Shown here piece after piece: positions 37,601-39,395 of a DNA stretch of 39,395 nucleotides. Made by a program: the position numbers and the translations under genes. The first letter of the stretch is position 1. The number at the start of each line of letters is the position of its first letter. The notes under the pieces are model-generated. The model had not been told where the DNA came from. It saw only the letters and a program-made list of their open reading frames with translations, and ran no database searches. The stretch spans positions 1 through 39,395 of IMG/VR virus record IMGVR_UViG_3300040985_000999; one strand, written 5' to 3'. The stretch is from a virus. Lineage: Duplodnaviria; Caudoviricetes.

Positions 37601-37810
37601 AACAGCCTCACCGACAGTGATGGGCGGCCTCTGGCACGAACCCTCAAGGACACCCTGACCTTCGCCGGTCTTCTACTGGGCCTGCCCACCAACTGGTTCT
37701 CGAAACCCGCCAGCTACGCGCTGAAGGTCAAGGAGGGGCAGGCCGACCCAGAGGGTGTTCTCGATTGGGTGCAGGGATATCTGCGCGGGCGAGACGGGAC
37801 CGAGGACTAG
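28643..37810 (+). CDS. Giant internal virion/ejection polyvalent protein (3055 aa): 2x ART-PolyVal-like, HhH-GPD-like, zincin metallopeptidase
   Basis: F..WFGD...VD.DG....HG twice; GIDNKVVSF.LL..G..D..VLD; TFLHELGH...HELWARG; position equivalent to T7 gp16. Confidence 0.85.
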   Translation: MAEFNPLISTPLPVGIDPEEHETAPLPDALTPQPTAKTRKATEVVDLQKRRDETVHSAVAADMAGATEVNPDQFASLRKMATEVNLDTRILLGDVEPENIRSQHVVKQTQEMLKENPRIENFLRDPENTRLVHDDLRALRYVYQSIRELQESEQHEGVLDAAKGTFDATIGGFGRSVEGTNLAILEQQPRGLLFAEAVNELTEDERIAFGKLPAEEQIGFLLNTNEKFKAGHEKTQTAIKTSQEDLTAIERELNQIRARVGTSTTAFYANAIGEAVGGMIPAIAVGLVTRNPMLAQTIMFGQAFGNRYAQATLRDGFDSNPNARANEALTFAALEFFSEKVPLGILLSENGRGMKGIFKSMGAEAVQETFIEYMDIGFELGYLDKEMTVGDALERLRDAAIIGAGAGGTLRGGIQGMRRLAEIGGMRREEDDAEDHAAKLTAAQQAVKEAKLSARSEVKMREFIEEAGEGTTVSISAEDVVELQQSGVLTDADMADLELTEALAEALVLNGDIEISTAKMLTLQEATQTELIRRVRQDSSKMSVKEAEDQLAERDELIKRLVEEAQTRLQDDPDHTPISDAVAEQLRSIGIFSEEEVQQTAQLAEESYGPRAANLEGVSAFELFLEENVQLRGPADTQRNAATVALNQTSLALGVNPEDLRQQLARSGGEIRKTEAFLNWFGDGVLVDADGLAVPWVHGTASDIRAFEAFATSNVTAFFSRDPIFAEGFADEWAEAKSRDNAGDDAVLRRPFQFDDGVRANLVPVFLNVKNPFDPENEAHVQTLIDYIAGEQGLEPLGEASLHHLRSGDFVQLAAVSYEIEAAGFDSYFEQENGQRNIAVFEPTAIKSPFNQGTFDPNVADILKQSAQSLTDTENFRVWFGDSVVVDEDGQPLVVYHGSPEVFDTFDPDAVPDRGGLVAFVTSDRTFAEGYASDGRGNVLELYASIQNPFDFRTDWAMAQSFWEETGGIFDQFEIDRIAQGLGTFVEGQPATLTEEEFVGAVKEGSWDALEAPEFAQWLNEGGHDGVVLMENEAINYGVFEAEQLKSVNNQGEFSDAAGTSIFEQSDVLVGTQADRVDAAIAAKPKGMADGTKHGVLPHLRSLAEEDPSTSKASLMLKTTNANAQRQLDAIDSILENHPDAHTSPEAWAAMMAEAYGSRDVPMSPYRFINDITGQGAIDGLSRLSPGQIEDADHGFENAAEFREAYTSGALGVDTTGKLFLWSFLSRGVSPYTQESLFIDAFDGIDPWLQAAADGNFDVDAYAEWAKSAAPKGSGQPGAGATHNLNAFGKDFLVKMAQDSGDGRSRLQLLHDLMADPKATGKQVRRAFATFGEGVGIDNKVVSFTLLVAGFSDVMVLDRVQFRQLYDDGRFAGINLYDGMKKEGKPVTGTSFAKQGDGVRGIFIYEAMERAIEARIDEIYTALGREGEGSVGRYHWETWVADSEQEASHGSLGAILPDALGNENAINEVTAKQGEYGSYAYGARYGVDGSGNGFFLYNSVSAKTYIFTVEQFVDFQTEVKKPANGVVPTGFKVTESGNAPWHQRDDVSGDALEALAAKIAEGPAGTQQGTVRKDGKNETLPDRPATDQPGSPLEQDPNARRQGVGGSFRQEQDAYGNIANVISFTKDADRTTFLHELGHFWLFQMHKDMADPRLTEAGRVRLEQMMGSTKSWFKKNSKDAWRDIQKIADAAEAEAVKKPDNGSFRLKADRLKAAVAHAKKNGGAKYMETVADGFMDGSVEQGTDLEVGFHELWARGVESWLGEGRAPSSGMRRAFTSFSTWVIGTYKRLRNLNVELDAEIRDVFDRLVATDEEIAYERDRALYTIPQEIRDAATPAELAQIEAAEIEAIHEARAQMQGKVAAELKRERTVEYKTSKERLTSTTLEDIQSRPLYKALNILRTGGDVNTEAVFLDRAEFIALYGQEKAKAMPPRVFGGKDSDRINLPLLAQLSGFEGQDQMVEALTTPHPSEAALLEAEVNAALREQFGSLLDPDKLADEAQEVVQNDKMVELMAIQARLVRRLAKEPLQNAAQRRALDEGAPLDAKVDREAVEDEQAVAGLAESQEDAIPGELRVAQTQAQKEANKTQRVAQRAAVRRLKDLTRSLDLKGIKAAAKEIVARMKVGKITPQKFRQTADRLAKKAHLAIAGRDYAAAADLLEQRTLNLEIAREAQEKRTKIDRRVKAVRKILGRIDTELKGYNIDVLTAVRLMLEPYGLASENPSNLPAKDVIALLAEVEPEMATGMEKVIRDVAVAAAPYIEATGNDRPYREMPLELFETLMDTAQSYIALARDMKTVLIDGRRVQFDTVADELAQSTADLDRSHLPALGKGTERERNAIGWRGTIRTYGRRVEAWARSIDGGDDGPIQKYFTRPVMKAVDAYYAAKLPLMNRVLEIIEPQNDELAAPTAIKADELGGYTFRTKGELLHWMLHTGNESNIRKLLIGGAVDVGNNVVYQWTEMNDPRDEVNTDKADAFIRRMFSTGVLTAQDVQTLNSIWALFEETKGGAQQAHHQMHGHYFDTVGATPRQTPFGELTGGYVPALTDPLMNPDGLRQEQADQLGNAQHAAMFPGAEDGFTKGRVDYNQPLALDLRMLPLHLDKVLKFTHLGPPIRSAAQLLVNRRFAATLNRVDRYAINGILEPWLRRTARQSLSEPGNRHLDSFFRALSQRIGVQTMAGNIVNTAQQFTGVITAFSRLPMGVVLKNFGRFQKDGQGTLKYIEGRSNYMTNRFRNSVNDVAENINAVLTDATPLGKLQYYANKFGYITQQLAQNAIDPAVWLGAEEHAHNNGLWQQVYDAHLPLGRDIAYEKAQAASALYADEIVRATQTPLGPQDVSRGEASGAFTRLFFKFAGYFNNMANLSLTEAQVIMRDIGFKGNKPGRLLWLYLSVIAVPSIVAEGISMAASGDFDDMDENEAEENIRIWLNLFAVSQVKMVSNFVPGVGGAVSWAVGQTTEQFYDDRLSLSPVLSIGEASLSAGAGVAEDAYNSLTDSDGRPLARTLKDTLTFAGLLLGLPTNWFSKPASYALKVKEGQADPEGVLDWVQGYLRGRDGTED

Positions 37811-37864
37811 CAAAAATGGCACAAATGGCGTACAAGCGACTAGACGCAAGCAAGGAGTTGCCCC

Positions 37865-39361
37865 ATGACGGTTGATAACGAAACTGCGCGTACTGGTCCC
37901 TATACTGGTGATGGGGCCACTCTGACGTTCGCCTATGACTTTAAGGTGACCGATCAGACCCACCTTGTCGTCACCATCACGACCACGGCCACCGGCGTCG
38001 AGACGGTCAAGACGCTGACCACCGACTACACCGTCACTGGGGTGGATAGCGACAGCGGCGGCAATGTCGTGATGAACAGTGGAAAGTTCCCTCTGGCGAC
38101 CGAGCAGATCACCATCACCCGATCAGTCACGCAGGAACAATCGACTGATCTGAAGAACCGGGGCGCGACGCAGCCGGAGGTCCTCGAAAGCACGCACGAC
38201 CGCGCCGTCCAGATGATCCAAGACATGCAGGAGACCCTGAACCGGGCGCTCAAGCTGCCGGTCTCTGACAGCTCCGTTGCCGACATTACCAGCACGGTCC
38301 CCCGCCAGAACACGGTCCTCGGCTTCGACGGCTCCGGCGTCCTGACGGTTATTGACACGAGCAGTCTGGTGACGACGGCCAGCTACGCCGACATGGTCGT
38401 GGACAACTTCACTGGCGATGGCGCGACGGTCGCGTTCACCCTGTCCGCGAACCCCGGCACCGAGACGAACACGCAGGTCTTCATCGACGGTGTCTACCAG
38501 CTCAAGGGCACCTACACTGTCGTTGGTACGACGCTGACGTTCAGTGAGGCCCCGCCGACTGTCGCCGCCGACAACATCGAGGTCGTTCATGGTCAGGCCG
38601 CCGCCACGGCTCTGTTCATCAACGCTACGGTCACCGGCGTCCTGTCCCTTGCGAATGGGTCAGCGTCGGCCCCCTCCCTTTCCTTCACCTCCGACGCCGA
38701 CAGCGGCATCTACCGGATTGGCGCGAACCAGATGGGCCTCGCCGTCAACGGTGCGCTCGTCGCCTCCATCCTGACGACGGGCCTGACGGTCAACGGCAAC
38801 ATCCTGCCTGACACGGACAGCGCCGACAGCCTCGGCTCGACCGGCACGCGCTGGCTGAAGCTGTGGGTCGATGACATCGCCGTCACCACAACGATTGTGG
38901 TTGGCGGGAACCTTATCCAGACCGACGGCATCACGACGCTGTCCACCAGCACGACAGGTCTTCCGCTGCAAGTCAGCAGCACCAATGCCACGACGCATGA
39001 CACCTTGATCCGCGCCCGTACGGCGACATCGGGCAGTAATGCCCGCAACGGGTTTGAAATCCTCACGGACAGCGGGGGGACGCAGACCTTTGTCGTTTCG
39101 ACTGCCGGTCGCGTCACCGCTGATGGGGGGGTGATCTCTGGTGGGGACATCATCTCCGATACCGACAGCACGGACAGCCTTGGTTCAACGGGTGTCCGCT
39201 GGGCTGTCCTGTGGGTTGATGACGCCACCGTGACGAACAGCATCACCGCTGCCGGTGACATCACCGCTGCGAACCTGATCGCGACCGGCGATGTGTCCGC
39301 TGGCGATGCCGCCAACATGGGCTACACCGCCAATGATGGCTTGGTGTTGACCGGTCAAGGT
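37865..39361 (+). CDS. Tail fibre/spike, 3'-truncated (absent from the ORF track)
   Basis: AAGGAG SD; MTVDNETARTGPYTGDGATLTFAYDFKV...TDYTVTG..GGNV...ITITR...QD resembles a T7 gp17-type attachment domain; no stop seen before the adapter. Confidence 0.85.
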
Positions 39362-39395
39362 CTGTCTCTTATACACATCTCCGAGCCCACGAGAC
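39362..39395 (+). other. Illumina Nextera adapter read-through (artefact)
   Basis: CTGTCTCTTATACACATCT (Tn5 mosaic end) followed by CCGAGCCCACGAGAC. Confidence 0.98.

Noticed and set aside
37817-37832. Sigma54 promoter before the tail fibre
   Set aside because: TGGCAC is present but there is no GC at the -12 position
38801-39223. Tail fibre repeat pair as a diversity-generating retroelement TR/VR
   Set aside because: Differences are mostly synonymous and not adenine-specific, both copies are in one reading frame, and no reverse transcriptase is visible
39362-39380. Tn5 mosaic end as a transposon terminus, and ORF 39185-39376 starting in it
   Set aside because: It is followed by the Illumina adapter tail, and no transposase is present; library artefact
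1-39395. tRNA, rRNA, integrase, lysis genes, introns or inteins
   Set aside because: None recognisable; polymerase, TerL and primase appear uninterrupted and of ordinary length

Overview
Most of the genome of a high-GC, short-tailed (podovirus-like) dsDNA phage. The host is probably alphaproteobacterial; this is inferred from GANTC depletion and sigma70 promoters that lack the -7 T. The left arm (43-9593, minus strand) holds early/replication genes: small ORFs, ArdC anti-restriction protein, an ADP-ribosyltransferase-like protein, SNF2 helicase, Cas4-like exonuclease, SSB-like protein and family A DNA polymerase. A three-copy conserved promoter cassette lies in this arm. The right arm (9735-end, plus strand) holds primase-helicase, a likely origin, RuvC-like resolvase, a GIY-YIG/terminase-small-subunit fusion, TerL, portal, scaffold, capsid, decoration, tail adaptor/nozzle, GNAT, three ejection proteins and a truncated tail fibre. 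The standout is the 3055-aa ejection protein. It carries a cassette of two ART-PolyVal-like domains and a HhH-GPD DNA-glycosylase-like domain with Lys/Asp at the canonical spacing, followed by an HExxH metallopeptidase. No integrase, lysis genes, tRNA or CRISPR array were seen. The last 34 nt are Nextera adapter. All family calls come from motif recognition by eye, not database searches.
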